Source: Utricularia gibba (Eukaryota > Plantae > Magnoliophyta). From it: DNA of 64,000 bases. The notes under the pieces were generated by a model. That model had not been told where the DNA came from. It did not search any database and saw nothing but the letters and a program-made list of their open reading frames with translations. The first letter of the stretch is position 1. Each line of letters begins with the position of its first letter. The stretch spans positions 2,418,001 through 2,482,000 of the forward strand of contig NEEC01000002.1 in NCBI GenBank assembly GCA_002189035.1, given 5' to 3'. The position numbers and the translations under genes were made by a program. Positions 35,900 through 49,503 of this stretch are shown here, piece by piece.

Positions 35900-38777
35900 G
35901 GAAAACCACAAGATTTTCACGCCAATAGAACGTGAAGTGAGCTTCAGACTTCAGACACAGAAGCAGTTTACACAGTAAAGATGACCAACAACAACAAGCC
36001 TTGAAAGTCACAGTAAGAACCGGACCTTGTTACTCCCCAACGATGAATACACAGAAAAAGGAAGTGGGAAATCTTAGAAAACTTGAAAGAAACAATGTGG
36101 GGTGTGATAAATTGCCATGAAACCCAGCGGAGGGAAAGAAAGAAAAGCAAAAGAATCAAGCAAGAGTCAAGGCAATCTGAAATCATGATCATCCATAAAT
36201 GAGAGAAGACACAACACTGAACTTCTAGGGTCAAACCGGCGATTGTTCAGCCGGGTTGAGCATTTAATGTTCTTACTAGACTGAAATATACAGATTTTTT
36301 ATATATGTACAGATGCTCTATCCCCTTTTCTTTTTTTATGTATTGGTTGCAATTAAATTCAACATCATGAACAAGGATATTAAATGATTGACACAATGAA
36401 ACCAAATAATTATCATATTTATTGTTAGCTGTTGCTTCCTTGATCTCAGGTAGTCACCATTCAATTTCTGCAAGAAACTCACATTTTGTTTTAGGTGGAA
36501 CAGTTTTCATCAGAAAGATTTCATATTGATTGAGGTGGAGACAAAGGAAGAAGAGGAAGACATAAATATATTTATGTACTTCATTTGGAGGGGATGCTGT
36601 TTACAGTAAGACTCGAATATGGATAGTAAAATACTTATCAAGAATGGAACGAACAATGGCAGACAACAGTGAAAAAGAATTGCCTACTGCCAGCACAGAG
36701 TACAACATATTTCGCTCTGAATGTGGTGGTGTAAATGCAAGATGAATACAAATAAACAAACAAATGTAAGGGAGAGGAATTTACCACGGAAACGGCAAGA
36801 TGTGGAGGGGGTACCCTGTGAAGCTATAATGATTGCAGGTACTAAACGAGGCCACCGTGGTTGAGAATCTGGGTTGAAAATCTCCTCATGATTGACTTCA
36901 GCATAAAGGAAAGGTTAATCATGTGATTTAATAAGATTCTAGGTTCTTACAATTTGATATAGAGGCCAAAGATGTAAAATATATGGGATGTAAACAGAAA
37001 ATAAGCTACAAAAACCTGTATCTCTATGAAGAGATAGACAGCTGTGAGGGTGAGAGAGCATTCAATGAGGCATCTTTAATGCTGAAAAGGCAAATTCCAC
37101 AGTGAATGCCAACATCTTCACCTACTCTCTCATCCCATCACCCTTGGACTGCATTCTCTGGTCCCATTCCCCATCAGATTCACATTTGTTGGTCTCACCA
37201 ATGTTTAAGCTGTCGACACATACGCCAAACCATCAACCACAAAAAATGAAGATTTGGATTTTTCAGTTCGATTAGTATAGAGGAGATGAAGATTCTACAT
37301 ACGCAAAACTATCAACCACACACAATGAAGTCGTATCCAATGACCACAAGGAAAGATTGTATGCACAATCCACTTACAGGAAGTTTGATTTATGTGCGGG
37401 GACTCCATTGATTGCAGTTATCTCTCTAGCTTCTTTTTTTTTTCAATGGCAATCTCTCTAGCTTCTTGGACTTCTACCTCACCACCACCCCCACCTACAT
37501 CACAACCACATGTATACGTCAATGTGAGTGTCGGCATGGATGTATGCATGCATTAAAGACAACCGCAAAGTTCAATGAAACTTTTCCTTGGATTTAGGTG
37601 TTCTAAGTAAGCTCCACGTTTTCAAATGTGAGTGGACTGCCTCATTTCTTGTTGTGGGCTTTCTGCAATCTTCATTCATTCATCATTTAAAGTAAAGTAT
37701 CTTGTTTGTGTTGTGCCTTGTGCTGCCACAAACACGCATTGAATACAATGAAGAAACTCAGATTCCCTTCTTTACTCCACCTAGGCATCAGAGTTTCTTT
37801 GTCAAATTGACATAGTTTTCTCTTCAGATTCACACATGACAACAGCAGCTTCCCTGTCTAGCGCGAAGCGTAATGATTGAGTGAATTTTTCCCCACCCCA
37901 AAAGTTAAAAACAGCCTAGAACCGCAGAAAGTCATCATCTAAGTGAATACGATACATCAATGCATTCAACAAAGCTGCACATTCCAGATTTTAGGCAATT
38001 GTAGCTTACGTGTTCGTTTGATTTGATACTGGGGCATGCCCCCGCCACCCTACGTTCCACAGAACCAAAAATGCCAATCTCCAGTGGAATAACTCCTGGA
38101 TTGCACCCCTCCACATCCGGGTAAAGAAGAAGCAACACCAATTTACAAGTAGTTGTTTTAAGAACAGATTATACTCTGAACATTTATCGACAAAACCTCA
38201 ATGAATATTACGATCAAAAGAGAGTCAATGTCTCATAAACTCCAACGTCCTATAACAAACATACCATTTCGCTTCACACACGCAAAAGGCCCTTCTTTTT
38301 TGCTCATCCCCATCGGACTTCCACACATCGACGCACCAACTCCGACTCAAGTTGCAGCAGACAGCTTCTTTGATTTTGAAATCGATGTATGTTTGACTAT
38401 TTTTGGATTAAAATATTTTAATAATCAATTTATTATAAATATATTGTAAAAATAATTATTTAAAATAAATATTTTTTAATTTTTTTTATAAAATTACTGA
38501 ATGTAATATAAAAAAATTATAGATTCGAATTGAAATAAAGGCTAATTCTGAATTAAAAAATTGAATTTGAGAGTTTTTTAATTTTTAAACGCATTATTAC
38601 ATAAAATAATATTACAGAAAAAAATTATATGGATAAATGTATGAATATTATTTAGTAAAAAAAAAGGATTTTAAAACAATGCCTTCTGCTGATGGATAGT
38701 CGGTGTATTGAGGTTTTACTATAAATTATCAATTTTTCCTTTGGCAGAAAAGAAGCCGAGGCGGTTGAATTGAAACG

Positions 38778-40366
38778 ATGTCGTCGAACAGCGATGCCGC
38801 AACACCGCCGCCCACGGTGGACTCCACGCCGTTGCTTGGCGAGCGGATCTTCGCAACTCAACCTCGCTTTCTCCCACGCGTACCGAGCCTCCGCGGTACG
38901 GCTCGTTTCCTTCGCCGGGCAAGCAGCCGCGGCCGCTCGATGCGGGAGCCCTCCGTCAGGGTGCGTGAAGCGGCGGCGGAGCAAATTGAGGAACGTCAGA
39001 GCGATTGGGCGTATTCTAAACCGATAGTGATCCTGGACCTCGCGTGGAACGTTGCTTTCGTGATCGTCTCGATATCTGTACTGATCATCAGCCGCCTTGA
39101 GACGCCGTCGATGCCGTTGAGACTGTGGATTATTGGGTATGCTCTTCAGTGCCTTCTCCATATGGCGTGCGTGTGCTTGGAGTACAAGAAAAGGCTCTCG
39201 CAGCGCGCTGCTTCCCGGGGTAACAGTAGATATTTCTCAAATTCGAGCTCGGGAAGTGGGGATGAAGCGCTCGCCCCGGACCACCAAGACGGAGATGACG
39301 AGATTAGGTAACTTTTCCTTGTAGAACGTGAAATTGTTGAATGGGATCATGGGACTTTCGCTCCTGTCCATCTCTTTGTCACTTTAGGCTAATATCACAT
39401 TGGAATTTCGAAGAGTTTTCAGTTGAAATTGAATGTCCCATACCTGAATTTCTCAATATTGTCTTGTGATAGTGCTGCTAAACATGTGGAATCCGCAAAC
39501 ACAATGTTCTCATTCATTTGGTGGATAGTTGGCTTCTATTGGGTATCTGCTGGCGGCCAAACTCTGATAGACGAAGCTCCTCATCTATACTGGTTTGTTT
39601 TCGTTGCATTTCTAACACATTATCTCTTTTGGGCTTATGGTTATAGTGTATATTGTTTTCTACAGGCTCTGCATAGTATTTCTAGCATTTGATGTGTTCT
39701 TTGTTGTCATCTGTGTGGCTGTGGCATGCGTAATTGGGCTTGCTGTTTGCTGCTGCTTACCCTGCATCATTGCTATCCTGTACGCAGTTGGAGATCAGGT
39801 GATTTGCAGTATTTGAATCTGTAGCAAAACAATAGAAATGCCCAGAAACAAGTGACTTATCCTCATCTCTTCAACTGAACGACATTGTGCTGCTCCGGAT
39901 CCTGTTTCTCAGTTCCTGTGTTAATCTTCTGCATCATTTTATAGGAAGGAGCTACTAAGGAAGACATCGAAAGGCTACCAAAGTACGTGTTTCGGAAACT
40001 CGGTGACTTTGAGAAGCAGAACGGGGAGATTCAAGAATCATTTGGAGGGATAATGACAGAGTGCAATTCCGAAATCCCAGCAGAACGTGTTCTCCCTCTC
40101 GAAGATGCAGTACGTTTATCACAAACCATTTCTAACTGTTTCTCCAAACTAATGACCCCCTTCATCGCCACACTTCCCCTTGATTGCAGGAATGCTGCAT
40201 CTGCATCTGCTCCTACGACGATGGAAATGAGCTGAGGGAGCTCCCATGCCACCACCACTTCCACGCCGCCTGCATCGATAAATGGCTGCACATAAGAGCC
40301 ACCTGCCCTCTCTGCAAACTCAACATACTGAAAACCGGCAGCCGAAGTGGGAGCGAAGACGTATGA
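38778..40366 (+). CDS. Membrane-anchored RING-H2 E3 ubiquitin ligase (At1g12760/At4g11680-like; 5 exons)
   Basis: [61 protein letters not shown], and RING-H2 [43 protein letters not shown]. Confidence 0.93.
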
Positions 40367-40869
40367 TGAGAACCAATCAATATACACACCCCTTCTGGAT
40401 GCTAGGATACCCACTGACTTCATGAAATTCGGAGTACAGCGAGCCCCAAGTTGTTAATATGGTTCTTGTATCGAACTCACCGGGTTACTGATGTGCGCGT
40501 GGATGTGTGTAGCGTTCTATTCCCCTCCTGTTTTTTTTTTTTTTTTTTTCCTTTGGTTCTGTTGGTGAGTGGGAAGGTGCGGTTGCTGTTGCATTGTAGA
40601 AAAAAAGAAAAACAAGTCTGCTCAAAATGTAGATTGCTCACGGCTGTGGAAGCTCGTACAAGAGCTGCATGCTTGTATCATTGATTCGTTCTGTGTGCAG
40701 TGTGGTTCACTAGTTGCTAACACTTCACTTTTCAAGGCTAAGATGATGATTCTAGTCATTACCTGTTCAGGGTGTCCTGTACAAATCTGGCCCCAAATAT
40801 GAAACAATTTCCTGTCTATTGGGAAAACAAGATTCCCCCACTTTTGCCCCAAGGTGGTGCCGGTAAATG

Positions 40870-43800
40870 TCATATTGCAAGTGTGCCTCCGGCGAGCTGG
40901 GTTTCATCGGGCGACTCCGAGGGCTGGGATTTGGGTTTCGTCACCCCGGAAAAACCGTACCCAAGAGAGCATCCGCTCATCTCTGAGAGCTGAGAGGTGT
41001 GAACAGAAGTCAAGCTTGAATTCAAGAATTTCTCGATGGGGGGATGGGGCGGAAAGACAGAATGCAAGACTGCGTTTAAAAAGATGCGTCCATGCATGTA
41101 TACCTCTGTTAGCTCAGAGAGGTGGCGGCATCTGAACTCGTTGATCGTCGCTGCTATTTCAGACGAAGGCAATTTGGCCTGAAAAGGAATAATTTCAAGC
41201 ATCAATGGCCTCCGTTCATGGAGATGATCAGGATTTGATGAGTTTGGAGCAACATAAGACTGAAGGTGGAATTTTCGTAAGCCAGCTTACTTGTGCAAGA
41301 ACTGCGGCTGCTAACTGCAGACTTGGCTCCAGAGACTCAGGGACCACCTGCAGTGGTTTTTGATGAGGTGAATTTGGTTGCATTACAGATGCTATGCATC
41401 CTAGGTTGTAAGTAGATTGACATGTGACGAGATTAAAAGAAGTTACCGCTGTTGCTCCGGCCTTTTCTAAATTCAGGCCATGATCGACATCATGAGCACG
41501 GACAAATGTTTTGACATTTGGGAAGTACTTGCTCAATGCCCACACAGTTCGGTAGTTAGCTCCGGGGCTGTCTAAAGTGACTGCTGCGGCACATGCTCTT
41601 TCTGCCCCAACTTTGTGGAGGACCTGTTGTCGATTGGACATGCTTAGCAAGAACAACAGACCACCACTTTGAAATTAAACACATGGTTCTTGAATTACCT
41701 CTCGACTACCGGCATCACCGAAGTATACTGGGAGATCAAGGCCACGTCCAACTGCTACTCGGTCACTGGAAATGCATGATAAGATTTAAACATAGTTGAT
41801 GGAAAAACAAATCTCGTCCAAGTTAACTAACGCCAACTAAAATCTTTAAACTCAGAGCATAAAGATCATATTTCAAGTCTTTCTAATGTATAACATGTAG
41901 TGTTACACCATGTTTTGGGAAGATAAAGGAAAGAGAAGTGCTCTCCTACCTCCTTACATCAAGTGCAACAAATGGAATCAGTCGTTCGGATAGAAGTTGA
42001 GCAATAATCTGCAAGCACAAGGTAGTGTTTAGATGCAACAGGCGATTGATAAAAAAGAAGGATCCACTAAAGAGCTGACTATAATTGAGGTGGTGCTAAT
42101 GCACTTATTAAAAACCAGAACTGAAGAGTGAAAATTACCTGCCCAACCCGACCAAAACCACATATGATAATATGATCTTGCAAATCATCTGTCTGAAGAA
42201 AAAAAATAAAAAAAGATGGATATCAAATATGATTTGTCATGATACATGAAAATGGTTGCGATGCCCGAAAACAAAAGCCTTGGTAGCACACCTCGCTTTC
42301 AACAGGTAGTAAGCTCCTAACATCATGCAGCTCAAATCGAGATGCAATAACCTGGCCTCCAGCGGCTAACCATGGAGTCAAGGCCATTGAAATCCCAACT
42401 ACAAGAAAAAGAAGTGATGACAACTGAGAGGACATGATACCCTGCCAAAACAAAAAAAAAATGTCAGCATTTTTTTTTTTTCAAAATCAAGGGGCAAAAA
42501 AGAAAGTTAAGATTTTCTACACAAACCTGATTAGCAGCTTCACCGAAGGCAACAAACGCAAATTCTCCTCCGGGTGCAAGTAGAAGACCAACTCTAATTG
42601 CTGACACCATAGAAATTCCAAAAATCCTGCCAACAAGAGCAACCAAAATGGTCTTGCCGGCGATTAGAAGACCTAATATTCCCATAATTACTGGAAAGTT
42701 AGAAGAAAGAAGTTTTGGGTCTATGGACATCCCAACCTGTCACACAGAAAATCTTTCGTTAGGTCCAAAACACTAGGTTCAATGAAAAACAGGTTACATA
42801 TGCAAACATAAACAGTGTAATGAGGCTCATGTGTTGCAAAAAAATTAGTACAGTTAGTCAGAATTCCGAGGTTGTGGGTGAAGATGATGCTTGTCAAGTT
42901 ATCTACAACTGAAGTTCATGTAACGTGGCCAAGAGAAGATCATACCGTCATGAAGAAAAGACCCAAAAGAAGGCCTCGATATGGAGCAATATCAGATTCC
43001 ACCTGCAATGAGAACTCAGTCTCTGCTAAAAGCAAGCCAGCCAAAAATGCTCCTAGAGCCATGGAAAGCCCAGCCTGCTCACAGTTGCCGTAAAAGGATA
43101 GAAAGGATATTTAGGTTCTATAGGCAAACAATACATAGAAAATACTCTGAGGCAATGAAAAAGTACGCAAACAACCACAGAAAATCTCACCCTGGCAGTC
43201 AGGAGGCTAGTCCCTAAAATGACCAGAAGAGTATTGGCAGAGAATATTTCTGCATTTTGATTCTCAGCAATTTGCTTATAAATTGGGCGAAGCAGCTGCA
43301 AGAGAAATATTTCCGTTGAAAACGTTCCTCTACCACAGTGATATGCCATAGCTTAATTTAAAAAGCTTTTTTTAATTCTAAAGTTGGATACAGCTCAAAA
43401 CTATTTATAGAAACTTCCGTCAAATGTGCTAGACTTAAAAGTTTGAGCATATCAAGAAAAGATGTTCTGCAAACAGCAAACACTGTTAATACCCACCAAG
43501 CGACCACCAGCTACTATAGCTGAGATGGCAACAACTGCCTTTACAGCAGCCAACCCAAGCGCCTGTGCAATAGCTAAGAAGCCCACCTGAAAACCACAAA
43601 TGAGTTCCAAATAAATAACCATGGAAGGAAATATCTCGGCAATACATCATGCAAATGGTTTCCATAGAGCAGATATTCTATGTGACTAGACTCATAAGGT
43701 GTACAAATATACGACTTTGGGGTGGGAATATTTCTTTTCAACGGAGTTAAGTTGGGAAACAAATAAATAAATAATTGTACCTCTCCATTTGACGAACTGG

Positions 43801-46800
43801 GTGATATCAACGGTAACAGTATAAGCAAAACAACCACTGCCAAATCCTGTAAGAACATAGCATATGGTGGAAAAATAAACGCAAGGTAGGGAGAGAAGAT
43901 GAATGCAGAGAAAAAGTATGCAAGAAAACACGTGTATGGAACCTGAAAGAGCAAAACAGAGAATGATGCTCGCCCATGTCGTGACGTGCTTTCACCACGC
44001 TCTTGGAGCACCTGCAATAGACAGCCCAATGCATCAGAGCAACTGGCTCTGCTTCTTTACAAATTTAATGCAATGAACATTGTGAGTTATTCAGAAGGAC
44101 AAAAAAATGAATACATAATCCAAAAACTTGAAGTGGCACCTAACACTAAAAGATCACATAGTTACCTGGAGTACGACAGCAGTTGAAGATAATGCAAGGC
44201 CATTCCCTATAACAAGGGCAGCAGGACCAGCAAGCCCTGCAGCATAACGGGCAGCCAGTCCAACCACTGCAGCTGTCACCAGAACCTGCATTATATGTAT
44301 AGAACTTAGGAATGAAGAGGTTCACAGCATGGAATGATTGTGATAAGTTCTTCGCAGATATCATGCACTCTAGTAATTCACCTGAGCAGATCCCAGACCA
44401 AAAACATACTTCTTCATAGAAACCAGTCTTTCAACAGAGAGCTGCCAGAAAACAATTAAATACCAAGTCATCTAACATCAGCAAATCAAGGTTCAAAGTA
44501 TTTTATAAATTCTAATTTGCACAATAAGCTGTACCTCGAGACCAATATTGAATAGCAAAAAGACAACACCAAATTCAGCGATCGCTTTTGTTCCATGCAC
44601 ATTGTGAATAATAGACAGACCATATGGCCCAATTAAGATCCCAGCAGCCAAATATCCAAGGACTGGACTGCCTACATTAGAGGAGAGGATTCTGAACGTT
44701 AAACATTTCCTAAAAATGAAAAGAAAAATCACATAGAGGATGTCTGACTTGGCATCAAAGTTAATAAAAAAAACACGCAGCATGTTACACTATATGATGA
44801 AACCAAAAAAGAAAAATTAGCAATGTGGTCAGTTAAAAAAATAAAATAAATTTTACCATCTGGCATTTTCTTTCATAGACTTTCATGTGATAGGAAACAC
44901 TTGAAACTTTCTTACCTCCAGGGATTTTCTGAAAAATAGGCACAAATATCACACTAGCCAGAAGTAACCACAACATGTCAAACAGAGAAGCCTCCTCATG
45001 CATCTGGTGAAAAGAAAAGGCAAGATCAATAACAGTTTAATTCTCCAATATCATCTTGCACATTTTAAAAAATAAGTATTTTATCCAACTTAAACCAGAA
45101 TTTAAAAAAAGAAAGAATTTCACACCTCTTTAGGTAGCATCTGTAATAAATTCTTCAAACTCTCAGGAACTTTTTGAATTTCTCTGACAACAGGCATTGC
45201 AATAACTGATGCTTCATCAACAATGGTGGTAACAACACTAGGCTGACGTAAGAAACGGCGGGAAACTTCACCTCGATTGCCATAAAAAGAAAGCCTGCAT
45301 TTCGTGGCACATCATACATTTAGAGAAATACTACACAAGTCCAGGATAAAACAAAATACACACTAATAGCCCTACCCTGCACCAAAAAGTAGTGATAAAA
45401 ACACCAGTTTTCGGAAGTGCAATCTGGAAAACTCCACTATACCACGAAAAACTGAAACTGGTGTGAACTCCTCTTCATCGGATGTAAAAGAGAAGAAGGA
45501 ACCAGAAAAGAAGCGGGAGGATTTGCTTAGTTGAGATTTCGGACCAACTCCAGACGAACTGTCTCTTGCTGCTTCCTTCTGCATTTCTTGTATCTTACTC
45601 TGTAAGGAAACTAACTTATCTCCATCTAATTCCACATCAGTATTCTTTGATTGAATCGTAGTCAGCTTTCCATTCTCATAATCACTATTTTCTGACAAAC
45701 TAGGTTCATCAAAATGGCTATCTAGCAAGGTATCCTGTGACTCAGCAACCACATCTGAAGTTTCCCCTTCATTCTCAAAAACAGAAGTACCAGAATTTCT
45801 TTGAGAAAATTGATCAGAACGGACTCCATCAAATGCGTTATCAGATGCCTCGATGCTGGAGACAGTGAGTTTTTTTTCAGCTCTTTGTAGAGCAATCTCA
45901 GCATCAGTAACTCGCTGGCTGGCCTCAAGCTCATTAGCAACAGCTTGCTCAGCAAGAATCATTATATTTGCTACATCCTCTTCTGCTTTAGAAGAATTTA
46001 GTTCTGCTTGCTCAGCAACTAAGTTCAACCTGTCCACTACCTTTTGCAGCTCTTCTTTTCTAGTTTGCACGTTTTTTAGCTCAGCTTCACAATTAGTTAG
46101 ATGGTCTTGGCACTTTTCTAATTCCTGCTGTGCGGCCAGTAATTCTTCCTGATTCGGTTCTTGAAATTCGTACTGAGAAGTGCCTTCTTCAGAAACTTTG
46201 GGCAGAATTGCGATCCTTGCAGACTCAGAAGCCACTTGTAGTGAGTCCTTGGCTAAAGAAAAAGCCGCCACTGCTGTCTGAACACTTTCTTTGGCAATAA
46301 CCTCTTCATTCAGAATCTCCTGGATATCACCAAGGGCCTTTGTCACATCGCTCCATGCTTTTGCGGCTTCATCTTTCAATGCTATTGCTGACTCTGATAC
46401 CATCTGAGCTTTTTCCTCAAAAATTGCAGTATTCAGCTGAGCCAGTTTTAAATCTCTCAATGCCTTCTGCAGATTTTCTCTCAATTCATCAAGATCATTC
46501 ACGCTATTTCTTCCCTCTCTTGGTATTTTCTCGATGGCAGAAGACCCATGGTTCGACTCAAGAAGTTCAACATCTTTGTCGCTTTTACTGATATATGCTA
46601 CTGAATCATTTCCCTGACACTGTGAAGGTTCTGTACGCCTAGATATTTTAAAACCGTCTCCAGATCTGCTGAAGAAAGAGCTATTATAGGTTTGAAGACC
46701 CCACAATATGTTGTACTGACTTGAGCTACTTCTACCATCCGAATGGAAACAGTATGCGCTGCTTCTCTTGAACTTCTTCAACAAAATGCGCCCGGAGAAG

Positions 46801-46943
46801 GGTTTTAAATCTCTCTTAAGCGTACTTTGAAGATTCCTGCCCCTTATACTTGATTCTATACATATCTTCTCCATTGTCTCCCCTCCAGGGAATTCACCAC
46901 CACACAACGTAATTGGCCCAACCAGGGAACACAAGACATCCAT
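40870..46943 (-). CDS. KEA2: Chloroplast-envelope K+/H+ antiporter, KEA1/KEA2 type
   Basis: Long coiled-coil N-terminal exon ([19 protein letters not shown]...), CPA2 TM motifs [18 protein letters not shown] and [20 protein letters not shown] domain [13 protein letters not shown], and end ...GGTLAI*. All checked junctions are in phase. KEA1 versus KEA2 orthology is not resolved. Confidence 0.93.
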
Positions 46944-47820
46944 TACTCCTCCAATGTAAAGAGCAAAAGAGCAGGCTCTGCTTTCAAATGATGAAATTCC
47001 CCAGCTTCAGGAGAACCTGAAACAAGGAACAAAAGAGCTGCTCAAAATTGGGCTCTTCTTACTTACATCAAGCTAACCCAATCGAACATCAAATTCTAGA
47101 ACTTCGCAGCAGCAAGAAAAACACACATTTGGAGTTTCAATCCACGTAGGATAGCTTGAATCACCCTAGAAACTACCCAGAAAACGCGCAGCTCATCTTT
47201 AGCCGATTGCATGCATCATCATCAAGCTTGTTATACACACTGATAACAGCAATAACACCTTAATCCACGAATACGAGTATGTACACAAAATCAAATGACA
47301 AAGTATACAGTTGAATAACCAATTCCATTTTTATTGCTCTAATTAGATACTTCGAAAGACTCGCAGCTCTCAATAACCTCGTTTCACAATTACAGAAAAA
47401 AAAAAACTCCAATTGAACGCCGGTTTCCCCAGAATACCAGCTCTAATCAATTGAAAACAGCATCGACAGTCACAATTTTTATCAATTCCATTAAAGAATC
47501 CAATCACGAAGAAAATGATTTACTGGAGTGGAGTTTCTGGCGGAGGAAACTGGAGGCCAGAATGCGAAGAAAGAGAAGAAGGCAACGGAAGCAACGTCTT
47601 GATTTTCTATACCGTCTGCAAGAATTTTTACCGTCTCTTAAATTCATTTTTTACGGTTTCTTTTTTACCATACGTTCCTTAATCATTTTACCGTTTCTTT
47701 TAGCCGGCGCTAGTTTCCGGCGGACCGGATACTGCGAAACTGCGAATAAAGACGGAGTCTGCTCCATTAAGGTCTAGTAAAACAACGAAGATGGGGACTG
47801 ATACACGCTCGATGTGCAAT

Positions 47821-49503
47821 TTAACATTTTCGGGATGCCTTGAGGTTATATTCATGTTTTACAAGGTCTGCTCCGGGAAGCATGGTTCTGACTTCACGGT
47901 CGAACTCCCCTCCAGTTTGCGGGGCACGCTGAAATTCTCCGTTCCGGACGCGTCGCGCAAAGTATTTTGTTGTGGGAGTCTATTCTTGCCTGCAGCAGTG
48001 ATGACAAGTTGGCTAAACAAATACATCTTTCGAAATGCAGGGAATCACAGCGGCTGAGTTGCGAGTGGCGGATGGTAAATGGTTTACCTCTATCTGGTCG
48101 TTGTGATTTTAGCTTGAAGCTCCTTCCCCGAGCTGGAAATGGTCGTCTTGAAGGCGTTTGCCATCATATCAAGATCCCACAGAGAACTCTGGCATCAGAG
48201 CTTTGCTTCGAATCTGCTGGGAGAGTCTCCGCATGATTATGTAAATGGATCTCGAGCAACAAGCTGACAAGGAAACATGATGCACAGTGGCTGAAGAACA
48301 AGAGACTCCGGGTTAGAAGAGTTTCACAAGTTGGATATAAATGAAGAGATAAAATATTTACCTTTAGTTCAGCTCGATCGAAGGTTGCAAGTGCACATAT
48401 GTTGCAACATCTATGGGGGGCGATTACCTCTGTGTAATGGCTACCCAGTTTCAAAAAACAGCAAGCACCATTAGCAACCGAGATATCATTAATGAGGGAA
48501 GGAAGGAGAGACAATTTGGTACAAATAGATGCAAGGGAAGCATCAGCAAAAACTATGCTAATCCTGCCACACACCGAAGTTGCGCAATGATGACAGGATC
48601 CAGTGGATCATGGCTTTGCTCAGCCTCGCTAACGTGGCTAGGAACATGAATAAACTGACCCATCTCGATGCTAACAAGAATGGCGTTCAAACACATATTA
48701 GTAACATGTTTTGCCGTAGGGCAGTAATCACAGGTTCACGCGTAGCTCTTAAATGCCTCATCAAGCTGATCATGAGCATAGGAGAAATCCCCAAAAAGAT
48801 TCTAGCCCATCGGAATGCTCTCCTTTATCAAATTTGTCTGCGAAGCAAATGGGATACCAGCTTATATTCATCCTTCAACTTGCACACTGTTTTGAGAAAA
48901 ACTTGCAAACATTTGAAGCTTTGACAATTAAAACATTGTGAATATATCCATAAACAGGTTAGAGTCACAGATTGCCATTGAAATAAGCGACAACCATGCC
49001 ATTACACACAAAATTAAATGCAGACTAGAGTTCCAAAAACTTGCAATCTAAGGCAAAGCAAACTACGGAATGACTCAATAAGCAAACACAATGACAATGT
49101 TAGAAGCAGGAAGTTAACAAAAATATCGCAACTAAGAGAAAGGGAGACTCATACTCTGTAGGGAGTGACTTCAGACTCGAGCTTCTCCATTCTTGACTCG
49201 CCATCTCGATCAACGGCATTCGACCAGGAGTTATCCGATAATTCGGCCCCAAACGCCCGTATATTTTAGCGAAGACCTCGCTAAACAACCTGCGTATTTT
49301 CGCCCTTCTTAATCTTATCCTACAACATCCTCAGCGCCTCCAACTGCATCGACAGAACGCCGCATTTTGCCACCAATCAAAAGTAGGCGACATAGATACC
49401 TTCGTTATCCCGGTGTGTAAGCCTCGATGTCCAGCTGCTCGCTGCTAATCACGGGACGGCGCCTCCGTCACTCTCCGCAGTCTCCGCCAACGGCATCCTT
49501 CAT
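47821..49503 (-). pseudogene. CSN1: COP9 signalosome subunit 1 (CSN1/FUS6) pseudogene, intron-containing
   Basis: Remnants RRPVISSEQLDIEAY, QLEALRM-*-DKIKKGENT, TNLIKESIPMG*, MCLNAILVSIEMGQF, YTEVIAP..CALATFDRAELK, LLLEIHLHNHAETL, ARIDSHNKIL and EFDREVRTML. In-frame stops at 49320, 48802, 48736 and 48553, plus several frameshifts and internal deletions. Not represented as a gene in the ORF track. Confidence 0.92.

Noticed and set aside
36240-37900. Conserved MIRNA precursor upstream of MYB17
   Set aside because: A by-eye scan for common mature miRNAs (miR156/159/160/164/166/167/169/171/172/319/390/393-399/408/828) found no match, and I saw no convincing stem-loop. A computational scan was not possible.
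38652-39161. 169-aa antisense ORF and similar antisense ORFs over PIP1, MYB17, KEA2 and SAM50 exons
   Set aside because: Shadow ORFs expected from GC-rich coding sequence on the opposite strand.
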